A stretch of DNA of 48,466 nucleotides from Escherichia phage vB_Eco_SLUR29. Positions 23,287-33,500 of the stretch are shown here, in pieces. The stretch lies in sequence record NC_054895.1; one strand, 5' to 3'. Below the pieces are notes generated by a model that saw nothing but the letters and a program-made list of their open reading frames with translations, was not told the origin of the DNA and ran no database searches. Position 1 is the first letter of the stretch; the number at the start of each line of letters is the position of its first letter. The translations under genes were made by a program, and so were the position numbers.

Positions 23287-25254
23287 ATGGCGATTTACAG
23301 ACAAGGCCAAGCGTCTATGGACGCGCAAGGTTATGTAACTGGTTACGGTACAAAATGGCGTGAGCAATTAACCTTGATTCGCCCAGGTGCAACTATTTTC
23401 TTTCTTGCTCAACCTTTGCAAGCTGCTGTGATTACGGAAGTGATTAGCGATACAAGCATTCGCGCAATTACTACTGGCGGCGCGGTAGTCCAGAAGACAA
23501 ATTACCTGATCTTGCTTCATGACTCGTTAACGGTTGACGGTCTTGCGCAAGACGTAGCGGAAACGTTGCGTTATTACCAGGGGAAGGAATCGGAGTTTGC
23601 TGGATTTATTGAGATCATCAAGGATTTTGATTGGGATAAGCTACAGAAGATCCAGGAAGACGTAAAGACAAATGCTGACGCAGCCGCAGCAAGCCAGAAG
23701 GCAGCTAAAACTAGCGAGAATAACGCAAAGACAAGCGCAACAAATGCAGAGAATAGCAAGAAAGGTGCTGATACTGCAAAGGCTGCCGCTGAATCCGCGC
23801 GTGACGCTGCAAATACCGCAAAGACTGGCGCTGAAACTGCAAGAAAAGGCGCTGAAACTGCGCGTGATGCTGCGAATGCCGCAAAGACAGGTGCTGAAAG
23901 TGCTAGAGATCAAGCGGAGGAATACGCAAAGCAGGCCGCAGAACCTTACAAAGATTTATTGCAGCCTCTGCCTGACGTGTGGATACCATTTAATGATTCC
24001 CTGGATATGATCACCGGATTCTCGCCGTCATACAAAAAGATTGTCATAGGTGATGATGAGATCACGATGCCGGGCGACAAGATTGTCAAATTTAAACGTG
24101 CATCAACTGCAACATACATTAACAAATCAGGTATTCTTACCGTTGCAGCAATTGATGAACCGCGTTTTGAAAAAGATGGATTGCTGATTGAAGGGCAGAG
24201 AACAAACAACTTCATAAATAGCAATTCACCGAACAAATGGAATAGAAACGTAAACAGACTGGACGTATCAGCTGATTCTACAGATGAATTTGGTATAACT
24301 TCCGCTAAATTCACTTATAAAGAAAGTCAAGATACTGACCCGATCACAGCAATTTCAACTGGTACATCTCGCGTAGTGGATGTTGCGAATGGTGAGTATG
24401 GAACTATCTCAATACGCGCAAGAATCGGCGAGGAATATTCTTCACCAGTTAGGTTAAGATTGCGATTCTCCAAACTCAGTCCTGATGGACAAGGAAACAT
24501 ATTTATAGCTGATGTGATGCTTGATCTTGTCACTCTTGATGTGACTGGAGGGGTTAATTTGACGTATGATGTAAAGCAAGAATCAGGTGGATGGGTACTA
24601 TTCCAGGGTACATATAGAGCAACAGAAGATATAAAGATGTATGCTCGCGTTGAGATGATAGCAAGGGCAGGCCAGGATATTACCGCAGGTCAATTTATGA
24701 CTATAGCTACCGCCCAAGTTGAAAACGGATCATCTGCTTCGTCTCTGGTTATCACTGATGGAACTCCGGCAACAAGGGCAAGCGATATGGTTACATTGCC
24801 AATAAAAAACAACCTTTACAATTTGCCTTTTACAGTGCTTGTGGAAGCTCATAAAAACTGGAGTATAACGCCAAACGCAGCGCCGCGTGTTTTTGATACA
24901 GGCGGCCATCAAACCGGAGCGGCAATTGTTCTTGCTTTTGGGTCTGCTGAGGGAGATAATGACGGATTCCCTTATTGCGGTATAGGTAACTCAAACCGAA
25001 GGGTTTACGAGAATGCGAAACTAAAAAAGATGATCATGGGAATGAGAGTAAAGAGTGATTACAATAATTGCTGTGTAAGTAATGCCAGAATATCAAGCGA
25101 AACAAAAACGGAATGGAGATACATAAGATCGACGGCTACTATAAGGATTGGCGGACAAACAAGTACAGGCGAACGCCATCTTTTCGGGCACGTTAGAAAC
25201 TTCCGTATATGGCACAAGGCGCTAACAGATCATCAATTGGGGGAAATTGTTTAA
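23287..25254 (+). CDS. tail fiber protein
   Basis: 655 aa; A/K/T-rich coiled-coil repeat region typical of phage fibers; strong SD. Confidence 0.75.
   Translation: MAIYRQGQASMDAQGYVTGYGTKWREQLTLIRPGATIFFLAQPLQAAVITEVISDTSIRAITTGGAVVQKTNYLILLHDSLTVDGLAQDVAETLRYYQGKESEFAGFIEIIKDFDWDKLQKIQEDVKTNADAAAASQKAAKTSENNAKTSATNAENSKKGADTAKAAAESARDAANTAKTGAETARKGAETARDAANAAKTGAESARDQAEEYAKQAAEPYKDLLQPLPDVWIPFNDSLDMITGFSPSYKKIVIGDDEITMPGDKIVKFKRASTATYINKSGILTVAAIDEPRFEKDGLLIEGQRTNNFINSNSPNKWNRNVNRLDVSADSTDEFGITSAKFTYKESQDTDPITAISTGTSRVVDVANGEYGTISIRARIGEEYSSPVRLRLRFSKLSPDGQGNIFIADVMLDLVTLDVTGGVNLTYDVKQESGGWVLFQGTYRATEDIKMYARVEMIARAGQDITAGQFMTIATAQVENGSSASSLVITDGTPATRASDMVTLPIKNNLYNLPFTVLVEAHKNWSITPNAAPRVFDTGGHQTGAAIVLAFGSAEGDNDGFPYCGIGNSNRRVYENAKLKKMIMGMRVKSDYNNCCVSNARISSETKTEWRYIRSTATIRIGGQTSTGERHLFGHVRNFRIWHKALTDHQLGEIV
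23690..23925 (+). repeat. imperfect tandem coding repeats inside tail fiber gene
   Basis: repeated GCGCGTGACGCTGCAAAT..GCAAAGAC..GGCGCTGAAACTGC units encoding AxxAKTxAE repeats. Confidence 0.6.
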
Positions 25255-25532
25255 TGCGTGATTTAACATTAAAATTTGCAGACAAGGCCGAGTTTTCGGC
25301 CTTTTTAGGAAAAATTAATTGGGATGATAACGAATCCATTCAGGATGCAATCCTGCTCGATGTAATCGGCAATACTTATACAGTAATTGCACGATCTGAC
25401 GATGGCGAGGAGATTGCGCGAAAGAACGACGGCTATTTCGTTAATGTGCGAATCATTGATGATGAGTTTGATGCCGTAATTTTTAATGGCTACGTGGTTG
25501 AGTTAGATCAGCCGATTAGAGAATGGGCTTAA
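25254..25532 (+). CDS. hypothetical protein (92 aa), possible fiber accessory protein
   Basis: TAATG coupling to tail fiber gene. Confidence 0.45.
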   Translation: MRDLTLKFADKAEFSAFLGKINWDDNESIQDAILLDVIGNTYTVIARSDDGEEIARKNDGYFVNVRIIDDEFDAVIFNGYVVELDQPIREWA

Positions 25533-25544
25533 GGAGTTAGGAAA

Positions 25545-26282
25545 ATGGCTACAGTAACTGTTATACCTAATGATATAACGAGGCTGAAAAATGATGTTTC
25601 AACACTAAAACAGGATGTTGCTACTATTCCTGGTGATATAACGAAGCTGAAAAGTGATGTTTCGACACTAAAACAGGATGTTGCAGGAAAAGCATCAACT
25701 ACTGATGTTGACAATAAGTTGAAGTTGTATCTAAAACAAAATGATCTATCGTCCGAGTTGGATAGCGGAAGGTATGGTGGCAATTTTTACCCCCTGACTG
25801 GTAACGAGGCATTTTATTTGTTTAGACTAAACACAACCGCTCAATCAGCAAACTTATGGCTTGATCCAAATGCTGGAGTGTCGCAAGTTTTACGCTCCAC
25901 TTCCTCTTCTCGTTATAAGCGCAGCGTAGAATCGGTTATTGATGAATATGCGGATCTGATGCTTGAAATGCGTCCTGTGTGGTATCGGTCAACCTGTGAA
26001 AGCGACCGTAAAGATTGGGGATGGTACGGACTGATTGCAGAGGAAGTTGGAGAAATTGCGCCGGAGTACGTTCACTGGCGACCGCTGCAAGAAGGAGAAG
26101 ATCCTGCCATTGCTTCAAGTAATGGCATGGTGGCGGAAGGCGTTATGTATGACCGCCTAACTGTTCCACTGATTCACCACGTTAAGAAACTGAAAGCGGA
26201 AAACGATGAGATGAGAAAAGAAATTGACGAGCTAAAAGCGGTTGTAGCGGCACTGGTAAACAAACCAACCACGTTAGACTAA
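25545..26282 (+). CDS. fiber-like protein with C-terminal intramolecular-chaperone-like domain
   Basis: N-terminal 21-aa tandem repeat; C-terminal segment ...STCESDRKDWGWYGLIAEEVGEIAPEYV resembling peptidase S74 autocleaving chaperone domains. Confidence 0.55.
   Translation: MATVTVIPNDITRLKNDVSTLKQDVATIPGDITKLKSDVSTLKQDVAGKASTTDVDNKLKLYLKQNDLSSELDSGRYGGNFYPLTGNEAFYLFRLNTTAQSANLWLDPNAGVSQVLRSTSSSRYKRSVESVIDEYADLMLEMRPVWYRSTCESDRKDWGWYGLIAEEVGEIAPEYVHWRPLQEGEDPAIASSNGMVAEGVMYDRLTVPLIHHVKKLKAENDEMRKEIDELKAVVAALVNKPTTLD
25569..25694 (+). repeat. 2 x 63-bp direct tandem repeat within CDS
   Basis: about 90% identical units encoding DITRLKNDVSTLKQDVATIPG / DITKLKSDVSTLKQDVAGKAS. Confidence 0.85.
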
Positions 26283-26313
26283 AAAAAGCCCCGCATATGC
26301 GGGGCTTTTTGTT
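26281..26313. terminator. bidirectional intrinsic terminator
   Basis: hairpin AGCCCCGCATATGCGGGGCT with A-run upstream and T-run downstream. Confidence 0.7.
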
Positions 26314-26314
26314 A

Positions 26315-26767
26315 TCAGAATGGTATATCGTCGTCAAAGTCAATCGGAGGCTGATTGCTTTGCTGCGGCTGCTGTTGAGTATTTTGTTGCTGTTGCTGTT
26401 GTGGTTGCCCCCAGCCTCCTTGCGTTCGCTGCTGATATTGTTGCTGGCTTTCACCTCTCTGGCTAAATAGCAAGTTTGCAAATCCGCCAGGCTGCACGGT
26501 GCTGTAAATCTTTCCGTTGTATTCTCGCGTTTCAACTCGCAAGGTATCGCAGGAAACAGAAACAACCTTGCCTACCTGGAACGCCTCGGCATACCAACCA
26601 TTCAGGCCGTCTGTTTTCGCGTTAAAGAAAAACACATAGTTTGTATACTGCCAATTTCCCTCTCGGTCTTTGTATCGCTCGGAAAGCTCAATAACATATA
26701 GCGTGCTGCCGTTAGGCATTTGCTTTACTTTTGGCTCTTTTCGAATCTCACCTGTAATAACGTGCAT
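26315..26767 (-). CDS. ssb: single-stranded DNA-binding protein
   Basis: OB-fold-like N-terminus, Gly/Gln-rich linker, acidic C-terminal tail DFDDDIPF; AGGAG SD before ATG 26767. Confidence 0.8.
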   Translation of the reverse strand: MHVITGEIRKEPKVKQMPNGSTLYVIELSERYKDREGNWQYTNYVFFFNAKTDGLNGWYAEAFQVGKVVSVSCDTLRVETREYNGKIYSTVQPGGFANLLFSQRGESQQQYQQRTQGGWGQPQQQQQQNTQQQPQQSNQPPIDFDDDIPF

Positions 26768-26783
26768 TTTGTTTTCTCCTATG

Positions 26784-26806
26784 ACAAAAGGGGCGCAAGC
26801 GCCCCG
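26784..26806 (-). terminator. intercistronic hairpin (attenuator) between erf and ssb
   Basis: minus-strand hairpin GGGGCGCTTGCGCCCC followed by TTTTG. Confidence 0.4.
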
Positions 26807-26810
26807 TTTA

Positions 26811-27467
<657 letters not shown>

Positions 27468-27725
27468 TTATTCCTTCTCGCTTTCAAGCATTTTAATAAA
27501 TTCTTCTGTTGATTCAGCAACCAACCTCTCGCGCTCTTTGTTTCCCTTGCTCATCGTTGCAACAAGGATAACGTTGTCAATGGATGCAACCACGTCCTTG
27601 ATATAAGTCTTCATTTCTTCCGACTCTTTAATGTTCATCGGCTTAATAAATTCTTTCATTGCAATGGTTACTCGATCAATGAATCGTTCTAAATGCAATA
27701 ATGTGGCATTGTCTTTATCTGTCAT
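27468..27725 (-). CDS. hypothetical protein (85 aa)
   Basis: ORF within recombination operon. Confidence 0.5.
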   Translation of the reverse strand: MTDKDNATLLHLERFIDRVTIAMKEFIKPMNIKESEEMKTYIKDVVASIDNVILVATMSKGNKERERLVAESTEEFIKMLESEKE

Positions 27726-27800
27726 TTCTCATTCTCACGTTATCTGGTTGGCGAATTATATCACCAACCATTATAAAAGTTTAGCTATTTGTTTAGTTTG

Positions 27801-28856
27801 TCACAGATACTGCCTGAATTGAGCACGGACCCAATCAGGAGTATCAAGATCAATTTCTGGCTGCCCGTTTGCATACGAAGGCCATTCATCTAACTGTTGG
27901 CAAACGTTGAACTTGTTGATCACGCTCATGTACTGGATACGCCCGATCTTCAATTGCTCAATGTTCATGCGGAATGCGAGCGGCAAGTAAGGCTCTTTCT
28001 TCTCTTGAGCAAGCAATCTCACAATTACTGGCCTTTCCTCGTCTGGATACGCCTTTTTAAATAAATCATGCTGCAAAGCCATTTTGAGATAATAGCCGTG
28101 ATTGTAAGCTAGGCGCTGGAAGTCAACCGGATTTGCGCTAACCGTTGTTTTATAGTCAGTGATAATCACAGCTTCTGGATAGATGACTTCTTCATAAATC
28201 GGTCGGCCTTTTTCGTCGTAACCGTTAATGATTGTGGCCTTTACATCCTTGTTTACGTCAACGTGATCAAGGCGCACTTTAACTTTTACGCCATTGATGA
28301 TCCCGAATATTGACATTTCACGCTGCGCGGTTGGGCTATTCATGCAAGCATTATGCTCAGGTATTGCCTCAAGTACGCGCCGCATCGCTACACAGGCATC
28401 ATAATCTTTCGCGTCGATTAACTGCACGCCGTCCGCTGCGGCCTGGCATTCTGCCATCATTTCGATAAGCCACCATACATTGAGATCCTCACCGCACTTG
28501 TACAGCATTTCCAGCAATTCTGGATATTGCTTACCCGTTGTACCTTTCAGGCCAAAAGATTTCAGCTTTGAGGCTAACGCCGTTTGACTTGTGATCAGAT
28601 CTTTAAAATCATCCTGCGACGGTGCGCGGCGATATGTTTTTTCGAATAACTCCTTGCTTTCAAAATTGGTATGCGACTGCGTACCGAAAACAAGTGCCTT
28701 AGTTTCCTGGCGAGGCTTGTACTTCCAGTACGCCGGGCAAGTGCTGTAAATCTCCGCCAAGCTGGAACCGCTGACGTATTCAGCCGTCCACGCGTTAGGA
28801 TCATGATAAAGCTCATTGCTCATTTCTTCGCTAGTGTAGGCGTTAAAATCACTCAT
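27801..28856 (-). CDS. PD-(D/E)xK exonuclease (RecB/YqaJ-like)
   Basis: 351 aa; ...VIITDYKT... D-x-K motif; first gene of operon with Erf and SSB; strong SD. Confidence 0.6.
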   Translation of the reverse strand: MSDFNAYTSEEMSNELYHDPNAWTAEYVSGSSLAEIYSTCPAYWKYKPRQETKALVFGTQSHTNFESKELFEKTYRRAPSQDDFKDLITSQTALASKLKSFGLKGTTGKQYPELLEMLYKCGEDLNVWWLIEMMAECQAAADGVQLIDAKDYDACVAMRRVLEAIPEHNACMNSPTAQREMSIFGIINGVKVKVRLDHVDVNKDVKATIINGYDEKGRPIYEEVIYPEAVIITDYKTTVSANPVDFQRLAYNHGYYLKMALQHDLFKKAYPDEERPVIVRLLAQEKKEPYLPLAFRMNIEQLKIGRIQYMSVINKFNVCQQLDEWPSYANGQPEIDLDTPDWVRAQFRQYL

Positions 28857-28886
28857 CTTTAATGCTCCTTGTTGCTTTATGCGTGC

Positions 28887-28914
28887 ATTGTAGCCATTTG
28901 GTTGATTTAGTCAA
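28887..28914 (-). promoter_or_regulatory. sigma70-type promoter (TTGACT-16-TACAAT) for recombination operon
   Basis: minus-strand hexamers at 28914..28909 and 28892..28887. Confidence 0.55.
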
Positions 28915-28995
28915 TAGTTGTTTTGTTTTTTCTGTTTTCTAAACGTTCTCAGATGGCAATAAAACAAATTTGACGCGTAAGTTAATGATTAATAT

Positions 28996-29200
28996 GTGTT
29001 ATTTTTCTTGTTCCCTTGTTCTCTCATATACGCCGGATTATATACATACACATGAATGATGGCGCATGCAGATACTCAGAAAGAAAAATCACCACAAACA
29101 ACCAAAACCACAAGAAACACAGATAACAAGAAAAAACAAATATACATACATAAATAAATAAACTATTGATTTTATATGTATATATCTATTTTATTGATTA
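28996..29200. repeat. non-coding module R2 (paralogous to 7709..7910)
   Basis: same ordered blocks as R1 (GTTATTTTTCT, CGCCGG, TATATACATA, ACAACCA, AAATAAATAA). Confidence 0.5.
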
Positions 29201-29283
29201 TTTATTGTTCTTATGTTGGCTAAAATTTGCGCTAAATTTACGCCGTCTTAAATTCGATAACACCGTAAAACAAAAAATAACAA

Positions 29284-29302
29284 GTAGCACTTTTTGCTAA
29301 AC
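29284..29302 (+). promoter_or_regulatory. degenerate copy of 19-mer element (GTAGCACTTTTTGCTAAAC) with -10-like TATAGT
   Basis: TATAGT 21 nt after TTGCTA; ACAACAACAAAGGAG leader; precedes lipoprotein gene. Confidence 0.45.
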
Positions 29303-29356
29303 GCGCGCCTTAAAATCGTGTATAGTTGAACCAACAACAACAAAGGAGATGAAAAG

Positions 29357-29584
29357 ATGAAAAAGTTAATTGCCGTTTTAATCGCAGCCGTTGCGCTGAC
29401 TGGTTGCGCAAATATGCCTAAACGTGAATGCACGGCTATTTATGAAAATAGCGGAATGCAGTATTCAGTTGCTATCTTTGGGGCAAAACGAGTTGGCGAC
29501 CGCACTCTTGTCAAGGCTGGCTATCCATTTAATTTTCAGTGGGTGAGCATTGATAACTTTAAAAACGCTGATTGCAGTCTGTAA
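29357..29584 (+). CDS. small lipoprotein (75 aa), candidate superinfection-exclusion (Cor-like) protein
   Basis: signal peptide plus LTGC lipobox; isolated gene next to tail module. Confidence 0.5.
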   Translation: MKKLIAVLIAAVALTGCANMPKRECTAIYENSGMQYSVAIFGAKRVGDRTLVKAGYPFNFQWVSIDNFKNADCSL

Positions 29585-29585
29585 A

Positions 29586-29616
29586 TAAAAATAAAGGGGC
29601 AAAAGCCCCTTTTTAA
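29586..29616. terminator. bidirectional intrinsic terminator
   Basis: hairpin AGGGGCAAAAGCCCCT flanked by A- and T-runs, between convergent genes. Confidence 0.65.
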
Positions 29617-30207
29617 TTAGTCGTAAATATCAGTCTTTATTGCTGTAATTATATTTCCATGATTAATATAACCTTGAGCGCCTGGAGGCTGTCCGGCTGC
29701 CTTGCCATAAATCCTTGTAGTGCTTCCGTTATATTTTGTTGCGGCATAAATAGATGCAGATCCCATTCCAACAATAGCACCAAGCAATTGTGGCGCAACC
29801 GCATAAGAACCTGTAAGAGTCTGATCTATGTATATTCCACCTTTATTTCCAGGGGTGCCAACCTTTACAAGATCTGTAAGAATCCTTGATTCATTTGTTA
29901 ATATTAGTTGACCTTGAGCATTCCAGATCGCCATTCCATATTTTGGAAGCGAAGGAGTAAAAATAGTAAAGATGTAACCTACTCCATTTCCAGGCCCAAC
30001 CAACAATTCTGTTGCTGAATTTCTAAAGGCCATTGATATTCCGTCAGCGTCACGAGCAAAATACATGACAGGCTTACCAGATGGAATTGTCACTGATTGG
30101 TAACTTGACGTTAGCGTCATTCGCCTATAAAGGCACAAAGGACTTGCGTCAGGAGTAACGAAAACATTGCCATTGGATAATTTTAAACTTGCTCCGTATT
30201 GTGCCAT
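29617..30207 (-). CDS. putative tail (fiber/tip-associated) protein (196 aa)
   Basis: last gene of tail module; Gly/Ser/Thr-rich. Confidence 0.5.
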   Translation of the reverse strand: MAQYGASLKLSNGNVFVTPDASPLCLYRRMTLTSSYQSVTIPSGKPVMYFARDADGISMAFRNSATELLVGPGNGVGYIFTIFTPSLPKYGMAIWNAQGQLILTNESRILTDLVKVGTPGNKGGIYIDQTLTGSYAVAPQLLGAIVGMGSASIYAATKYNGSTTRIYGKAAGQPPGAQGYINHGNIITAIKTDIYD

Positions 30208-30519
30208 TTATGCAGTCTCCAAAAAAACAACAACATCGCATTTTGTTGTAGGCCATATGTCAGCACCTATTGATGATCCAGCATTTGAAATAGTAATTTT
30301 GTTGCCTGATATTGTGATTTTTCTCCTATCTCCGGCGCTGCTACCTTCATCAAGGGATATTGCGTATGATAGTTTATATCCAGAAGGAACATTAAACGTA
30401 TAACTGCCAGAAACCTGGCCTGTAGAAAGCGAGAACATTCCAACAACAACGGATGGCTTGATGCCGTAGTTGTTATATTTTCCGTTTGCATCCCATGTTG
30501 ATATTCCATATTCAGCCAT
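30208..30519 (-). CDS. putative tail protein (103 aa, MAEYGISTWD...)
   Basis: GGAGG SD; immediately downstream of J-like gene. Confidence 0.5.
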   Translation of the reverse strand: MAEYGISTWDANGKYNNYGIKPSVVVGMFSLSTGQVSGSYTFNVPSGYKLSYAISLDEGSSAGDRRKITISGNKITISNAGSSIGADIWPTTKCDVVVFLETA

Positions 30520-30562
30520 TATTAAACCTCCATAAATGCGGGGCAAGCGCCCCGCTTTGATT

Positions 30563-33500
30563 TTACCACGTACCAGTAAGCCTACCAATCTGAACACGCA
30601 AGCGCCCGTTTGCGTCCCGTACACTTATCGTTTCGTTGGTCAACTTCATGGCCCCTTCTCCAGATGTAGAACCATAGTTCTCAAATCTGCCATTTTTATC
30701 CAGCCTCCACCCCTGCTGATTAGCAACAAAGTTATTCGACTGAATATAATTACCGATCATAGCATTTGTGATGGACCCGTTTTTCACTAGCAGGCTGTTA
30801 ATGAAAACCTGGTTGTTTTCAACAACGAAAGGCAAAGTAAACGTTCCGCCAGTAGAGCTAGTCATGATCGCGAACCTGTTAGCATCGAACAAGATTTGCG
30901 AGATCAGGCCTTGAGAAGATTGCGACAACTGCATGATCATTCCTGCGCTGTACTTCTGCCCCTTGTAAGTAAGGCCCAATTTCATAGCGTACTTAGCGCC
31001 AACAGAATCAACGTTAGCCCACGAATCAAGTTTTTCGGCTAGTGCTGATTCAACATCTCCGAATTTAGCTGTTAAAGCCTGGTCAGCCTGAACCCTTGCC
31101 TCTGTCTCATTGGCGATCGCCTGTTTCACTTCTGAGATGTTAGCCTCGACTTCTGTTTTGATAACTCCGTCAAGGTCGTTTATCTCTTTCGTGAACTTAG
31201 CGTCAAGCTGCTGAACGGCCTGAGCGCGCGCTTCTGATTCATTGGTAATGGTTTGCCTTACCTCGCCAATGCTTGCAGCCGTATCTCGTTTTACGCCGTC
31301 TATTTCCTTCGTAAATTTAGAATCAAGCTGCTGCACTTGAGTAGCTCGCGTCTCTGATTCATTGGCAATCGCTTCCTGAACGGTTTTGATACTTGAAACT
31401 ATATCTTCATCAATTGACGCCTTTAACTCTTCGATTTGAGTTACTCGCGCCTCCGTTTCGGTAGCAATAAGCTCCAGTGCATGACCATATTCAGCCTTAC
31501 GCTTTCCGTTTTGTACTCGCGTCCACTTCACATCGGCATCGTTTGCCAATGCGTTCTGGATGATTGATTGCGCCTGGTCTTTGATTTTGTTTGCACTGTC
31601 TATGGCGTTCTCTTTGATTTCTTGACCCGCTTCGGTATCAAAAATCTTGTCCAGAATGTCGCCTAAAACAGATTCAACATCATCTGACGCCATGCCGCGA
31701 ACAAAGTCAGTCCAGCCGGAAACGTTGCCGATCCTGTCAACGCTACGGATTCTATACCATACAACTTGACCCGCTGGTAACGTGCTATGCCAATACTCAT
31801 ATTGAGGATACGGGATCAGCGTAAGAAGACTTGAGTTTTCCACCGTTCCATCTGGCGATTGGTGAAGCTCAATGTAGGCAGTATCGCCTGAACCTTCCGG
31901 CATACCCCATTTAACACGAATGCCAAAAACTTCATTATCAGAGGCTGTAAGATTAATCGGCGCTCCTGGCTCGCCAACTTTACCTGTCAGGGTTGCGGTT
32001 GCAATCTTTGACCACGGGGAAGTGTTACCGCTTGCAGAAACGGATCTCACCCTTACTTGGTAGTTGCCTGAATAAATCCCTTCTACCTCTATCTCTTTGT
32101 TAGCGGTCTGCGGCGTATTCAGCCAGTTACCATCACCTTTTCGCCACTGCATTTCATAAAGCGATGCGTAAGGAACCTTATCCCATGAAACAACCATAGT
32201 CTCAACGCTAACACCCTGCACGACGCGAGAATAAGATGAGATCTTAACGTTCTCAGGCGCTGCCATCACGTCAGGCTGAACAATTGAAGTCGGCCTGTCA
32301 TCAATGTTTACGCCATAATCAATCTCGTCGTATTTGTTCGGATCGTACTCCACAGCCGTGATTGAATAGGTAAACTCGTTTTCGTCATCACCCTTGCTGA
32401 TAGTTGTCACAACGTATTGCTGCAACGCAAGATCAGTACGGTCAATCGCAAAAACAGTATCAGGCTTAACATCAAAACCAAATCCAATATTTAACTCAAT
32501 GGTTTTTCCGTCTGCGCTAACCTTTGAGATCGTGCGCTTAACTGGCTTGCCGTCCGGCTTGTTGATGATAATAAAATCACCAGGGCGAGCATCAACCTTA
32601 AACGGAACGAAAACCTGCAATCCTGAAACTTCCATCACTCGGCCTGATAGGTTTAACGTTAGGTTGCTGCTCTGAAAATTATCAGCGATAGCAATCACAT
32701 CACCTATTGATGGAATCATCCCCTCTAGTCCGGTAGCAAAGTTTACAGTAGTGCTTCTAAGGTTTGTTTTCAAAACCCACCGACCGCGACGATTCGCTTC
32801 GCTCCTGCGTGTACAACCGATCGCTGTAATGCTTGTTGGATTGTATCCAAATCGTAATGCAGCCTCAGTATCAAAAACCCCCTCTACGTCCTGCTGATAC
32901 ATGTTTTGTTCGTCGTCAAACGTCACGTTACACTGCGTGTACATGCTTTTTTCGCTTGCGTTTGTGTACTGAAAATCACCGTTGATGACGTTTTCATTAG
33001 TAAACACGTATGATGGATCGCGCGGCTTATCAATCACGATTGATAAGCTCTCACCATTCCAAAAACTCATTCCGCGAAAGATTGAGCAAATGTCACGGAT
33101 TAGCTGATAAGCCTCAACTTGATTCTGAATCACCACATCGCATAGGTAGCGAGGCTCTGTACCGCCCTTGCCGTCTGGAACTTTCTGATCACAGTAAACA
33201 CCCGCCTCATATAAGCTCCACTTGTCGATCTGTATTCCTAACTCTCGCTGATCAAGTCCGTAACGCTGATTTGTCACCAGATCATAAAGAACCCAAGCCG
33301 GATTATTTGACCACGCTTTTTTAAAAGTCCCATCCCATGACCCGTGATATTCTCTTGATATTGGATCATAGTTGCTTGGCACATTAATAATCTTCCATTT
33401 CTTTTTTATAGAAATGTTAGGGATTTGCGTAGGAAACAGTTCGCTGTCAAATTCTACGAATACAAGGCCAGTCAGAGGATAACGGAATTTTGCATCAACA

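Noticed and set aside
23574-24314. Alternative-frame ORFs (23574..23759, 23641..23913, 23672..24010, 23946..24314) within the tail fiber gene
   Set aside because: Arise from the repetitive GC-rich coding repeats of the fiber gene; the long plus-frame ORF explains the region.
26340-26420. CTG/CAG-rich low-complexity DNA as a non-coding repeat
   Set aside because: It encodes the Gln/Gly-rich flexible linker of SSB just before the acidic tail; a coding feature, not a separate element.
29248-29433. 61-aa minus-strand ORF overlapping the lipoprotein gene start and control region
   Set aside because: Antisense to a well-supported lipoprotein gene and promoter element; no SD.
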